A DNA stretch of 64,000 bases from positions 29,078,001 through 29,142,000 of the forward strand of contig NC_088856.1 in NCBI RefSeq assembly GCF_963853765.1, read 5' to 3'. The stretch comes from Magallana gigas (lineage: Eukaryota). Under the pieces are notes generated by a model, which ran no database searches, was not told the DNA's origin, and was given only the letters and a program-made list of their open reading frames with translations. This document shows, in pieces, positions 63,601 to 64,000 of the stretch (position 1 is the first letter of the stretch; every line of letters starts with the position of its first letter). A program made the translations under genes and the position numbers.

Positions 63601-64000
63601 GTATGTGGTAAAAGATGCGTGAGCTGACTGTACATCAAAAGCTACATTAAAGGATTCAAATGAATCACTATAATTCAGGACTTTTGTTATGGTAGTCAAT
63701 GCCTTCTAAAATTCCAGATTTTTTTTTTATGCTACAACACCATGTGGTTCCAATTGTGTATATGGGTTTCCTTTTATTAAATTGATTTCTTGCAGTCTTT
63801 TAATTTGATAGATTCAAAGAGTTTATAGTTTGAATGTTTTTCTTTCAATTTTTTTTTGCTCTTAAAGCGTCGATGTATCAATGTAATTGGAACAGCTGTT
63901 TATCTCTATGTTTAATAGATAAACAAAGTTTCCTGCACTTAAAAGGACAACAGCTGTCTGTTTATTTATAAGGTTATTTGGACATGCATGCAGCATTATC

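Overview
AT-rich eukaryotic genomic DNA with spliced genes and many non-autonomous transposons. It is probably a bivalve mollusc such as an oyster (inference from gene families and repeat style). In order, it holds: the first two coding exons of a minus-strand universal stress protein gene that runs off the left edge; a complete 7-exon FBXO25/FBXO32 (atrogin-like) F-box gene; and a tandem array (about 10.5-44.3 kb) of intronless RING-B-box-B-box-coiled-coil-beta-propeller TRIM genes. The array has 2 intact copies, 2 frameshifted copies, 1 5'-truncated copy and 1 stub. To its right lie a non-autonomous Gypsy-type LTR element with a gag-like ORF and the first five exons of a PTPN12/18/22-type tyrosine phosphatase gene that runs off the right edge. 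The main discovery is absent from the ORF track as a gene: a 4-exon minus-strand gene for a 107-aa single-pass membrane protein with cytoplasmic tyrosine motifs. It lies head-to-head with the TRIM genes and was co-duplicated with them (2 intact copies, 1 deleted copy). All exon models and counts were read by eye, and no database search was run.
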